DNA from: Bacilli bacterium
GTDB lineage: Bacteria; Bacillota_I; Bacilli_A; RF39; UBA660
Direction of reading: 5' to 3'
DNA length: 64,000 nucleotides
Assembly: GCA_017544165.1 (NCBI GenBank)
Contig: JAFYER010000012.1
Location: 719 to 64,718, forward strand
Below are positions 47,194-56,659 of the stretch, piece after piece (positions within the stretch are counted from its first letter, which is position 1; the number at the start of each line of letters is the position of its first letter). Both the position numbers and the translations under genes were made by a program. The notes below the pieces were generated by a model. That model was not told the origin of the DNA. It searched no databases and saw nothing but the letters and a program-made list of their open reading frames with translations.

Positions 47194-48672
47194 CTATAAA
47201 ACAATGGCAATTAGGTTATTTGCACCTTTATTTACTATTTTTGTCACTGTATTTGATAGTTTAAACCTAGCATTATCCGGCATCATTGCAAGTTTAGCTT
47301 CAATACCTTCCCTGACAATTTGTTCAAGACTTCGACCAAAAATTTCACTTTGCCAAATGCTATTTTTATCTTTTTCATAATCTTTCATTATATAATCGAT
47401 TACTTCTTTAGATTGAACTTCACTACCAATAATAGGTTCAAAGGTTGATTCTACATCGACTTTCATTAAGTGAATTGATGAAGCTGTTGCCTTAAGTTTA
47501 ACACCGTACCTACTACCTTGTTTAACTATTTCTGGTGTTTCTAATTTCATATCTTTTATTGTCGGATAGATTATTCCATAACCAGCATTTTTAGCCATCT
47601 TCATCGCCGAGCGAATATTTTGCATTTCTTCTTCGTTTTCCTTATATGAAACAAACATATTTAAAAGCGATGATTTAGTAAGCTCGTTATCACCTATTAC
47701 GGACTTCAATACATCTTTATAAAGTTCATCAGAGGCCTCAAGTGTTATAGTAACTTGTCCTAAAGCTGAATCAAAATTACTTATATAGCTTTTAGAAATA
47801 TAAGTGCTATCTTCGAAATAATTAGTAATGGTATCAATATCTTTTAGTTTACTAATAGATGTTATGCTTTGATTTATTCTTTCAAAATAATGTAATTTTA
47901 TATCATTGTCATTTGGTAAAATATCAATCCATTTTGGTATTTTAAAATTAACACTTTCGACCGGAAATTCATACAAAGCCGTTTTTAAAATACTTCTTAT
48001 TTCTTTTTCATCCATTTTATCAACACTACATGGTATTACAGGAACGTTATAATCATCACTAAGTGAATTTGCAAGATCAATTACTTCTTTACTTTTTGGA
48101 TTAACCGAATTTAAAACGACAATAAACGGTTTTCCTATTTCTTTTAACTCAGAAACTACTTTTTCTTCAGCATCAATATAGTTTTTTCTTTCAATATCTG
48201 TTATTGTTCCATCAGTTGTAACCACAATAGCAATAGTAGCGTGATCTTTTATGACCTTTTGCGTGCCAATCTCGGCTGCCTCAGTCAAAGGAATATAATC
48301 TTCATACCAAGGGCTTTTAACCATTCTTGGTTTGCCATCTTCATCTAAAAATCCTTGTGAGTCATTAATAACATAGCCAACACAATCGACAAGTTTAATC
48401 TCCGTTGTAAATTCATCTACCTTAATCGTAGCTCCGGAAGAAGGTACAAATTTTGGCTCAGTCGTCATGATTGTTTTACCCTGTGCACTTTGAGGCACTT
48501 CGTCTAAACACTTTTGTTTTTCATATTCATCTTCGATATTAGGAACTACCATATTTTCAATAAATCTTTTGATAAACGTCGATTTTCCAGTTCGAACAGC
48601 ACCCACTACTCCTAAATAGATTTGCCCATTTCCTCTTTTACTAATCGAAGCAATAACATTTTCATTTTCCAT
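47194..48672 (-). CDS. spoIVA: stage IV sporulation protein A
   Basis: Walker A is GVVGAVRTGKSTFIKRF. Length is 492 aa. The characteristic SpoIVA pattern runs to the C-terminal NLIAIVL. Confidence 0.9.
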   Translation of the reverse strand: MENENVIASISKRGNGQIYLGVVGAVRTGKSTFIKRFIENMVVPNIEDEYEKQKCLDEVPQSAQGKTIMTTEPKFVPSSGATIKVDEFTTEIKLVDCVGYVINDSQGFLDEDGKPRMVKSPWYEDYIPLTEAAEIGTQKVIKDHATIAIVVTTDGTITDIERKNYIDAEEKVVSELKEIGKPFIVVLNSVNPKSKEVIDLANSLSDDYNVPVIPCSVDKMDEKEIRSILKTALYEFPVESVNFKIPKWIDILPNDNDIKLHYFERINQSITSISKLKDIDTITNYFEDSTYISKSYISNFDSALGQVTITLEASDELYKDVLKSVIGDNELTKSSLLNMFVSYKENEEEMQNIRSAMKMAKNAGYGIIYPTIKDMKLETPEIVKQGSRYGVKLKATASSIHLMKVDVESTFEPIIGSEVQSKEVIDYIMKDYEKDKNSIWQSEIFGRSLEQIVREGIEAKLAMMPDNARFKLSNTVTKIVNKGANNLIAIVL

Positions 48673-48722
48673 AAATCCTCCTAATTCATAATAAAATATA
48701 TGAATTATTAAAGAATCTATAA

Positions 48723-49654
48723 CTAATTATTTAAAAAATTCATGACAACATCAATTAAAATATTCTTCTCTTTAGGATTAGACTCAGCTATTAATAGGGT
48801 TATCGCAACTAAAGTATTATTATCTATAACCCGTTTATTATTTCTGTATAAAATATCATAAAAATCCAAAAAATAGATAAATAACGTCGCTGCAATTGCT
48901 TATTACCATCAATAAAAGTATGATTTTTAGTTACCAAATATAAAAAATTAGCAGCCTTTTCCTCAACTGTTGAATATAAATCTTCTCCTGAAAAAGACTG
49001 ATATACATTATTAATAATTGACTCTAAACCTTTATTTCTTTCTAATGCAAATAAATCACTATCATTATTGAATTTTAGTTGCCTAATAATGTCTAAACAA
49101 TCATTATAACTAATCTTATTACCTGATATTGTTCCATTAGGTTTAGTAACATTTTTATGATCATATTCATCAAGCAAGTTTAATGCACTAGAATAATTAT
49201 TAATAACTTTAATAATTTCACTAGCTTCACTATCTTTAAAATCTTCATTTATTCTTCCGGCTATATCAATGAGTTTTACTGTTTTTTCTAAGTATTCTAA
49301 TCTTTTTTGATTAACAGCATATCCCTTTAATAAATAATCTTTTAATACTTTAGTTGCCCATTTTCTAAAGATAACACCATTTTTACTCTTAACGCGATAA
49401 CCAACACTTATAATGACATCTAGATTATAAAGTTTAGGTTTCCTACCACCTGAGCTTTTATCGGAATTTCCGATAGAAGTTTCTTTATCCAACTCTTCAT
49501 CTTTAAAAACATTGGAAATATGTTCGGCAATCGTGCTTTGACTAACGTCAAAAAGCTCACTCATTTGTAATTGGGATAGCCATACCGTTTCATTGCGAAT
49601 ATTTACCTCCAATTTTACTTCTTGATTCTCAAAAATTACAATTTCATTTTTCAT
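48723..49654 (-). pseudogene. RhuM-family / Fic-Doc fusion protein with a frameshift in the Doc motif
   Basis: The N-terminus has the RhuM pattern (NQEVKLEV...VWLSQLQMSELF...LYNLDVIISVGYRVKS). At HTFIDGNK the frame breaks. Restoring one base in AAG-C_A (around 48897..48899) gives GNKRIAATLFIYFLDFYDILYRNNKRVIDNNTLVAITLLIAESNPKEKNILIDVVMNFLNN*, open to 48723. Confidence 0.7.
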
Positions 49655-49732
49655 TTTATCCCCCTACAAAAATTACTATTGTTACTACACTAGCAAAACT
49701 ATAATATACTTTATATTATTTATCAATGCTTT

Positions 49733-49975
49733 TTAAAACATTTTATCAATATTTTGGGGAACTTTATCACCTACTACTTTATCAATTATTTTTTGCCTTT
49801 TTTCATCGCTTACCTTTTTGCCTGTTAAATTAGATAAAGTATCAATTATCTCGTTTAAGGTATCTTTATTTTTCATATTCCCATTTTGAAGTTTTCTAGC
49901 AAGATCAATTATAGTTTCCTTACTAACTTTGGTTTTGTTTTCAACCTTATCCCAAAAATTATTATCTAAAGGCAT
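49733..49975 (-). CDS. spoVIF: stage VI sporulation protein F
   Basis: FWDKVENKTKVSKETIIDLARKLQNGNMKNKDTLNEII parallels B. subtilis SpoVIF FFKNIEKKTGVKMQDVMNLAGSLQNANFKDENTV as I recall it. The start was set at MPLDNNFW. Confidence 0.7.
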   Translation of the reverse strand: MPLDNNFWDKVENKTKVSKETIIDLARKLQNGNMKNKDTLNEIIDTLSNLTGKKVSDEKRQKIIDKVVGDKVPQNIDKMF

Positions 49976-50045
49976 TATTTTCACATCCTTCATAATAATT
50001 TATGCAATTTGCCTATAAAAGGCACAAAAAAAGTAGGATAATTTC

Positions 50046-51299
50046 CTACTTATTGTTTTCTTTAACTATTTCTAAAGCTTTATGCATTGTCATATCGTAT
50101 TTAACAATATCAATTGTTCCATAAGCTTTAATAAGTTCTTCGACAGTAATTCCATAATTTTCAGCCATTGTCTTAGCTTCTTTTTCAACTTCTTTTTGGG
50201 TAAACTCTATTTTTTCAGCCTTAGCTATTTCTTCGATTAAATAGCGATATTTAACTCTCTTAGTAGCTTCTCCTTCCATTTGCTTATGTAAATCATCATG
50301 AGTTTGACCTGTGAGTTCATAATATTTATTGATATCAAGGCCTTGCATCTTAAGTTGCTCTTCATATTGATGCATCATGTGATGAACTTCATCATCAATA
50401 ATTTCTTCGTTGATATCAACTTTCATATTATTGGCAGCCTTGTCTAAACATTTTTCTAAGTATTCATCCTCTAAATGTTTGTTTTTTTCATCTTCAAGGT
50501 TTTTCTTAACTTTTTTCTTTAAATCTTCAACTGTTTTAACATCATCGTAGCCTAAGTCTTTAAAAAATTCTTCATTAATCTCCGGAAGTACTCTTGCTTT
50601 GATTTCATTTATCTTTACTTCAAATTTAACATCTTTATTTTTTAAGTGGTCAATATAATTCTCTGGAAATTTAAGATTTAAAGTAACTTCATCACCGGCT
50701 TTATGACCAACTAGTCCTTCTTCAAAACCAGGAATAAATGAATGTGAACCAATTTCAAGTGGGAAGTTTTCACCAGTTCCACCTTCTAAAAGTTCACCAT
50801 CAACATAGCCTTTAAAGTCAATAACTGCTGTATTTCCTTCTTCTATGCTGCCGTTTTCTTTAACAACTAAATCAGCCATTTGATCTTGCATTTTTTTGAT
50901 TTCTTCGTCAACTTCTTTAGCAGTTACTTTAGCTTTTTCACATTTAATTCCTAAATTTTTATACTCACCTAGTTTAATTTCTGGTCTTGTAATAACAGTA
51001 AATTTGAAAATAATATTACTATCGCTAATACCTGTTACGTCAACTTTAGGTTCTAAAGCAGGTACTAAATCTTTATTATCATCAAGAAGTTTACGATAAG
51101 CATCATTAATTGCTATGTCAACAGCATCCATATAAAGTGATTCAATACCAAATTTCTTAATATATACATCTTTAGGACAAGATCCTTTTCTAAAACCATC
51201 TACTTTTACATCTTTAACTTTTTTCTTAAAAGATTTATCTAAAGCATCTTTCCAAGCGCTATCTAATTTAATTTCATATTCATGTACATTTTTTTTCAT
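50046..51299 (-). CDS. tig: trigger factor
   Basis: An FKBP-type PPIase core (FKGYVDGELLEGGTGENFPLEIGSHSFIPGFEEGL) flanked by ribosome-binding and C-terminal chaperone domains. Confidence 0.95.
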   Translation of the reverse strand: MKKNVHEYEIKLDSAWKDALDKSFKKKVKDVKVDGFRKGSCPKDVYIKKFGIESLYMDAVDIAINDAYRKLLDDNKDLVPALEPKVDVTGISDSNIIFKFTVITRPEIKLGEYKNLGIKCEKAKVTAKEVDEEIKKMQDQMADLVVKENGSIEEGNTAVIDFKGYVDGELLEGGTGENFPLEIGSHSFIPGFEEGLVGHKAGDEVTLNLKFPENYIDHLKNKDVKFEVKINEIKARVLPEINEEFFKDLGYDDVKTVEDLKKKVKKNLEDEKNKHLEDEYLEKCLDKAANNMKVDINEEIIDDEVHHMMHQYEEQLKMQGLDINKYYELTGQTHDDLHKQMEGEATKRVKYRYLIEEIAKAEKIEFTQKEVEKEAKTMAENYGITVEELIKAYGTIDIVKYDMTMHKALEIVKENNK

Positions 51300-51388
51300 A
51301 TAATATCTCCTTTTCTAATCATTTGTATTATATTATATTTGCAAATCTAAATCAACACAAAAGAAAAGCTTAACTACTAAGTTAAGCC

Positions 51389-52789
51389 TTACCTTACAAT
51401 TCTATACGGATCAGATTCTGTTCCCGTGCCAGATAATAAAACATTTGATTTCATATAAAACGCCGGATTATGTAAATAAGTGCCAGATGAAGCTATACCG
51501 GAAACAGTCCCATCACTAGTATAGTATCTTACGCTATTTGCAGCATATGCAGGTGTTATAGTCCAAGAAATACCGGTTGGTAATAAATATGTAGAATCTT
51601 TACAATTTGCAGCATAAGTTGAAGAATACGCATCACTATGGTTGCAACTACCAGACTCATAACTACTATATAGAAAATCACTTATATATATTAAACCGAT
51701 TTTATCAAACGAAAAGTCACCAATAACATTTTCACCGGTTCTTTCAGCTTCATACATTTGATTAGGTGTTAATGAAACAACTGTTGATGTTCGCAAATAC
51801 CATTTAGCATTAAGAATTTTACTGGTATCTCGACGCAAAGACGTATTGTTTGAATAATCTGACAAATATGATCTAATGTTTGAAGTCTTCCAATCCCCTG
51901 TATTTCCAAATCTAATTGAAATGCCACTAGTTGATTTAACAAGTTTTAAAAGCTTACTAGTATATAATGTACTATCGCCATCAAGAGCTTCATCATCAAG
52001 CACACCAACTATTCTATATAAGTAACTGGAAGAACAAGAATTTTGAAAACAGATGTAATTATTTGGATTTTTTCCTTCATAACGAAGGCCATCTTCGCTT
52101 TTAACTGTCCAAGGTAAACTATTACTATCAGTGTTTGAAGACCCAACCAAACCATTTACAATTGTCAAAGCAGTACGGTTATTAGTACAATCATTAGCTT
52201 TAAAAATAATCCTACCTTTAATATTTTTTCCGGCATTAATAGATTGTTCAAAATTATAATTATAATATGCTACTTTAAATTTCCATTTTTGAGCAACAGT
52301 TTGACCATTATTAGCACTAATAGTAGCAGTCATTATTTTATAGCTAGTATCCGCAGCATAAGGTTTATTAACTAAATCAAATGAAAAACTAGAGTTTTGT
52401 CCAGTACTATCTGTACCAATAATAACAAGTTCTTGCAAATTATCTGAATTAGCGGGACTTGGAACAAATACTCCTGTAGTCGAATCTGGAATATACATAA
52501 TATCGTATGAACAAGTAAGATGTGAAGAGCCGTTATTGGTTAGATTAACATTTGTAGTAACTTCACCGCTTTCCGCAAATAATTCATCACTTATCGGGGT
52601 ATATGGATTTACACTAAATGTAATAGCAGCGGTACTATTTAAACTTAATGTTATATTTGAATTGTTACTTATATTCGTGTTAACAGAAACTCTTGTAATC
52701 GAAAAATACGCATATGATGCGCCTAGAGCAAGTGTTAACATTAGAAAACTGCCTATAATAAACAGCATTATCAAATATTTTTTCTTCAT
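51389..52789 (-). CDS. secreted protein with a SipW-type (TasA/camelysin-like) signal peptide, paralog 1
   Basis: The N-terminus is MKKKYLIMLFIIGSFLMLTLALGASYAYFS. It shares the blocks GKNPNNYICF, YRIVGV, LIYISDF and the terminal GTGTESDPYRIV with 56660..58393. Confidence 0.6.
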   Translation of the reverse strand: MKKKYLIMLFIIGSFLMLTLALGASYAYFSITRVSVNTNISNNSNITLSLNSTAAITFSVNPYTPISDELFAESGEVTTNVNLTNNGSSHLTCSYDIMYIPDSTTGVFVPSPANSDNLQELVIIGTDSTGQNSSFSFDLVNKPYAADTSYKIMTATISANNGQTVAQKWKFKVAYYNYNFEQSINAGKNIKGRIIFKANDCTNNRTALTIVNGLVGSSNTDSNSLPWTVKSEDGLRYEGKNPNNYICFQNSCSSSYLYRIVGVLDDEALDGDSTLYTSKLLKLVKSTSGISIRFGNTGDWKTSNIRSYLSDYSNNTSLRRDTSKILNAKWYLRTSTVVSLTPNQMYEAERTGENVIGDFSFDKIGLIYISDFLYSSYESGSCNHSDAYSSTYAANCKDSTYLLPTGISWTITPAYAANSVRYYTSDGTVSGIASSGTYLHNPAFYMKSNVLLSGTGTESDPYRIVR

Positions 52790-52794
52790 TGCTT

Positions 52795-53922
52795 TTATTC
52801 CTTATTTATAACTTTTTTTCGATTAATAAACATTATTATTTCTTTAATAATTGCCATACATGGTGTAGCAACAACCATACCAATGATATTGAAGAAATAT
52901 CCGAAAAGAAGTAATCCAATAATTATTACTACTGGTGGAAGTTGCATAGCTTTACTCATAACCATTGGTTGAAGAACATAACTTTCAAGTATTTGAACGA
53001 TAATAGCAATAATTAAAACACCTATGCCAATGATTGGCCCTTGAGTAAAGCCTACAATAACAGCAGCAGCTCCCCCAATATAAGGTCCAATGTAAGGTAT
53101 CAAATCTGTAAGTCCACAGAAAAGGCCAAATAATATTGCCATATCAAGGCCTACAAGAGCAAACCCAATTGTATCACAAACAAATACCATAAGAGCAATA
53201 AGTAATGTACCATTGACAACTCTATGAGAATTTGAACTAATATTTTCTATCAATTTCACATAATCATCACGATTTTTCTTAGGAAGTAATTTTCTAAATT
53301 CAACGCTTAAATTATCAAAATCAATTAGCATATAGATGCCAACAACTAAACTTAAAACTATAATGCCAAACGCTGAGAACAAATGTTTAACAAATCCTAT
53401 AATATGATTTGGAAGTGATGAAGTAAAGCTCACAACCATTTCTTGGCCAGTATCTACTAAACCGCTTTTTATACTATCCATATCAAGACCACTTATATCA
53501 AGTTTATCTAATGATTTAGTAACAAAATTAGTCGTTGAATTTAAAATTGATGGTATTGTTGAAATCAAATCATTTACTTGATCATATAATACGGGAATAA
53601 AAATGTATACAAACAATATAATAATCCCTATAATCCCTAAAAAGATGAGAATAGCGCTTAGATATTTATTTAAACCTTTATTAACCAATTTGCGATGTAA
53701 GGGATTAACGAGCCAAGCAATAATAAAGCCAATAAAAAGAGGTGATATAACTTTTATTACACCTTTAAACATACTAAACAATTCTAGTTTTTGAAGAGCT
53801 ATTAATACTCCTAAAACAATACCAACAATTGTTATAACATAAAATACTTTGATTAAGTTTTTAGATAAATGAATAAGTTCATTTAAACTATCTTTATCAA
53901 CATTATTACCCTTTTTTAGCAT
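52795..53922 (-). CDS. AI-2E family transporter (PerM/YhhT-like)
   Basis: Eight TM segments and the characteristic LIPYIGPYIGGAAA motif. Confidence 0.85.
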   Translation of the reverse strand: MLKKGNNVDKDSLNELIHLSKNLIKVFYVITIVGIVLGVLIALQKLELFSMFKGVIKVISPLFIGFIIAWLVNPLHRKLVNKGLNKYLSAILIFLGIIGIIILFVYIFIPVLYDQVNDLISTIPSILNSTTNFVTKSLDKLDISGLDMDSIKSGLVDTGQEMVVSFTSSLPNHIIGFVKHLFSAFGIIVLSLVVGIYMLIDFDNLSVEFRKLLPKKNRDDYVKLIENISSNSHRVVNGTLLIALMVFVCDTIGFALVGLDMAILFGLFCGLTDLIPYIGPYIGGAAAVIVGFTQGPIIGIGVLIIAIIVQILESYVLQPMVMSKAMQLPPVVIIIGLLLFGYFFNIIGMVVATPCMAIIKEIIMFINRKKVINKE

Positions 53923-53993
53923 AAAATCCCTACCCTATATATAATATTATATATAGTTTTTCGTTATTATTCAACAACTAATGGGTAAAAAAA

Positions 53994-54461
53994 TTAAATA
54001 TTAGCAACTAAATAAGTATAAATATTTCTCACATCTAAATAAGGCAATTTAAAAACTAAATCTAAAATTTTAGATAAGTCCTGCTCTTTTATTGCTTTTT
54101 TCATATTATCAGCATTTGCTTTATTACTTTTCAAATAAATATTTAAAAATTTATTCATAATTTGTTTATTTGTAATATTACTTGCAAAAAAGTCATCAAG
54201 AGAAAAGGTCGTTGTATTATATAAAACATCATAACGATATTTATTATCGTTAATTATCCTAAGGGTTCCACTCAAATAATCATAAGGTACAATATTGTTA
54301 TCGCTAATCATGACCATGATATCCTCTTTTGAATATTTCTTGGTAAAACTATCAATTTCTTCGATTGATTTAAAACCATAAGATTTATCATTAGAAATAA
54401 TACTAATATCAATAGGCATAAAATCATTTGGCCTATTTTCTAAAACTAAATGATAGCCCAT
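53994..54461 (-). CDS. hypothetical protein (155 aa)
   Basis: ORF with normal codon usage. No recognised motif. Confidence 0.5.
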   Translation of the reverse strand: MGYHLVLENRPNDFMPIDISIISNDKSYGFKSIEEIDSFTKKYSKEDIMVMISDNNIVPYDYLSGTLRIINDNKYRYDVLYNTTTFSLDDFFASNITNKQIMNKFLNIYLKSNKANADNMKKAIKEQDLSKILDLVFKLPYLDVRNIYTYLVANI

Positions 54462-54523
54462 AAATTCACCTTCTTCTCCTTCGAGGATAAATAATATATC
54501 ATATTTTTAAGATAAATGTCAAT

Positions 54524-55675
54524 TTAAATCTTTGCTATTTCTCTAGTTAGTTTATTTTTTTTGTTTTCAATAGCCACTCTTTCAACAATAAAGATTAAAA
54601 CAATGGCATTTAAAGTATAACTTCCTCCATAAGAAAGGAATGGAAGCGGTACTCCAGTAAGGGGTATTAAAGCAAGTATTCCTAATAAATTAATAATTAT
54701 ATGTAAAGCAAAATACCAAAAAGCTCCATAAGCAATTATACTTGTTCGTAAATTATCAGCACTTTTAGCAATTCGATATATCCGAAGAAGTATTACCCCA
54801 TAGCCAACAATAATTAAAGCGCCAAAAACAGCACCAAGTTCTTCGCATACTATTGGGAAAATAAAATCAGTATGACTTTCCGGTAAATACATATACTTTT
54901 GCGTGCTCTTACCAAGACCAGTTCCCCATAAACCACCATTTGATATGGCAATTAAGCCATTACATACTTGATAACCAGAATCTTCTCGATATCTTGAACA
55001 TGGATTTTTAAAATTAAATCGAGATAACCTTTCATCTGTTAATAAACTATCACTTTTATAGACTAGGATTCCCCCAAGAATAATTCCTAAAACAATAAAT
55101 ATTTTAATGATTTTATTAAAATTATGATGAATAAGTGGAACAGTTATAAAAATAAAACCAGCGATTAAAGTAAAAATTGCCGCACTACCTAGATCTGGTT
55201 GTTTAGCAATTAAAAATGCCATAACTGCTGCCACCGTTATAGGAATAAAATATAATGACAAGTTTTTATTACGCCTTTCAGTTAAAATATTATAAAAAAC
55301 AGCCATAAAAATAATAATAACTGTTTTAGCAAATTCACTTGGTTGTAAAGTAAATGGCCCTATTTTAAACCAACTTTGGGCATTATTAGTTATTTTTCCA
55401 TATACCAAAACAAGACCTAATAAACCTATTACACCAAATACGGCTAGATAAGATAAAAATCCATATCTTTTCGTAGGAATAAATAAAATGAAAAATCCAA
55501 TAAAATATGCAACAATTAAAGCTGCAAGTTGTCTTATAAAAAAGTGATACGAAGATACATGATATCTAAGTACTGTCGATACACTCGAAGCAGATAAAAT
55601 CATTATTAAACCTAAAACGGAATAAATAATGATTAATACTAATAGAAATTTATCCATTTTTCGTATATCTTTCAT
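54524..55675 (-). CDS. FtsW/RodA/SpoVE-family peptidoglycan glycosyltransferase
   Basis: QPSEFAK, PESHTDFIF and LPFLSYGGS. The start was set at MKDIRKMDKF, which follows the RBS AGGAAGG. Confidence 0.85.
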   Translation of the reverse strand: MKDIRKMDKFLLVLIIIYSVLGLIMILSASSVSTVLRYHVSSYHFFIRQLAALIVAYFIGFFILFIPTKRYGFLSYLAVFGVIGLLGLVLVYGKITNNAQSWFKIGPFTLQPSEFAKTVIIIFMAVFYNILTERRNKNLSLYFIPITVAAVMAFLIAKQPDLGSAAIFTLIAGFIFITVPLIHHNFNKIIKIFIVLGIILGGILVYKSDSLLTDERLSRFNFKNPCSRYREDSGYQVCNGLIAISNGGLWGTGLGKSTQKYMYLPESHTDFIFPIVCEELGAVFGALIIVGYGVILLRIYRIAKSADNLRTSIIAYGAFWYFALHIIINLLGILALIPLTGVPLPFLSYGGSYTLNAIVLIFIVERVAIENKKNKLTREIAKI

Positions 55676-55800
55676 ATAGACCTTCCTATTATAATATTTT
55701 ATCAAATGCCATATTTAATTTCAAACAAATAGTCATTTTGTAGTGTCAAAATAGACATAAAACAATATCTTATAATAGATGCATAAAGGAGGTCTTAAAA

Positions 55801-55989
55801 ATGTATTATTATGGTAATAATGGCTACTATGGTGGCAATTATACTACTCCTTGCTATGGAAACACTTATGCTGGTTATACAAGTGGATATGGTATAGGAG
55901 CAGCTATTTGGATAGTTTTATTTATCCTACTTGTAATAATAATCGGAGCATGGGGATTTAATAACAACAATGGTTTTAATAATAACTAA
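55801..55989 (+). CDS. YjcZ-family small sporulation protein
   Basis: A Gly/Tyr-rich N-terminus followed by the hydrophobic IWIVLFILLVIIIGAWG. RBS is AAAGGAGG. Confidence 0.55.
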   Translation: MYYYGNNGYYGGNYTTPCYGNTYAGYTSGYGIGAAIWIVLFILLVIIIGAWGFNNNNGFNNN

Positions 55990-56067
55990 GAGGGCCTAAG
56001 CCTTCTTTTTATATTGTAAAATAATATTTTTTTTGATAAAATACCCCTAGTAAAGGGGAAAAATATC

Positions 56068-56622
56068 ATGGAAGTTCCAAAAATTAAAATTTTTGATGAA
56101 AAAGATAAAATACTAAGAGTTAAATCTAAAAAAGTTTCTTTTCCTATTGATAAAGATACTAAAGATTTAATAAATAAAGCTATTACCTATTTAAAACTAT
56201 CTCAAGATGAAAAAATAGCCGAAGAATGTAATCTTAGAGCTGGAATGGGACTTGCTTTTATTCAAATGGGCATTCCTAAAAGAATTTTTGTCATAGCTAA
56301 TAAAAATGAAGATGAAAAAACATTCGAAGAACATATTGTTATAAATCCAGAAATAATATCTCAAAGTGAAGAACTAATCTATGTTGGTGAAGGCGAAGGA
56401 TGTCTTTCTATCAATAGGCCAGTCGATGGTATTGTTCCAAGACATGCAAGAGTAACCGTTAAATATTTTGATATTGATGGCAATGAACAACAAATAAGAG
56501 TACGCGAAGATATAGCTATAGCCTTTCAACATGAAATAGATCATTTAAACGGAATACTTTTTATCGATTACATTGATCCTAAAAATCCTTATAAAAACAA
56601 AAATAAAATGCGAGAAATCTAA
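56068..56622 (+). CDS. def: peptide deformylase
   Basis: Motifs GMGLAFIQ, EGCLS and HEIDHLNG. Confidence 0.95.
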   Translation: MEVPKIKIFDEKDKILRVKSKKVSFPIDKDTKDLINKAITYLKLSQDEKIAEECNLRAGMGLAFIQMGIPKRIFVIANKNEDEKTFEEHIVINPEIISQSEELIYVGEGEGCLSINRPVDGIVPRHARVTVKYFDIDGNEQQIRVREDIAIAFQHEIDHLNGILFIDYIDPKNPYKNKNKMREI

Positions 56623-56641
56623 TTTAATCTCGCATTTTTTA
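56607..56641 (+). terminator. rho-independent terminator of def
   Basis: AATGCGAGA...TCTCGCATTTTTT hairpin overlapping the def stop codon. Confidence 0.7.
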
Positions 56642-56659
56642 GTTTTAAGACCAGTTTTA

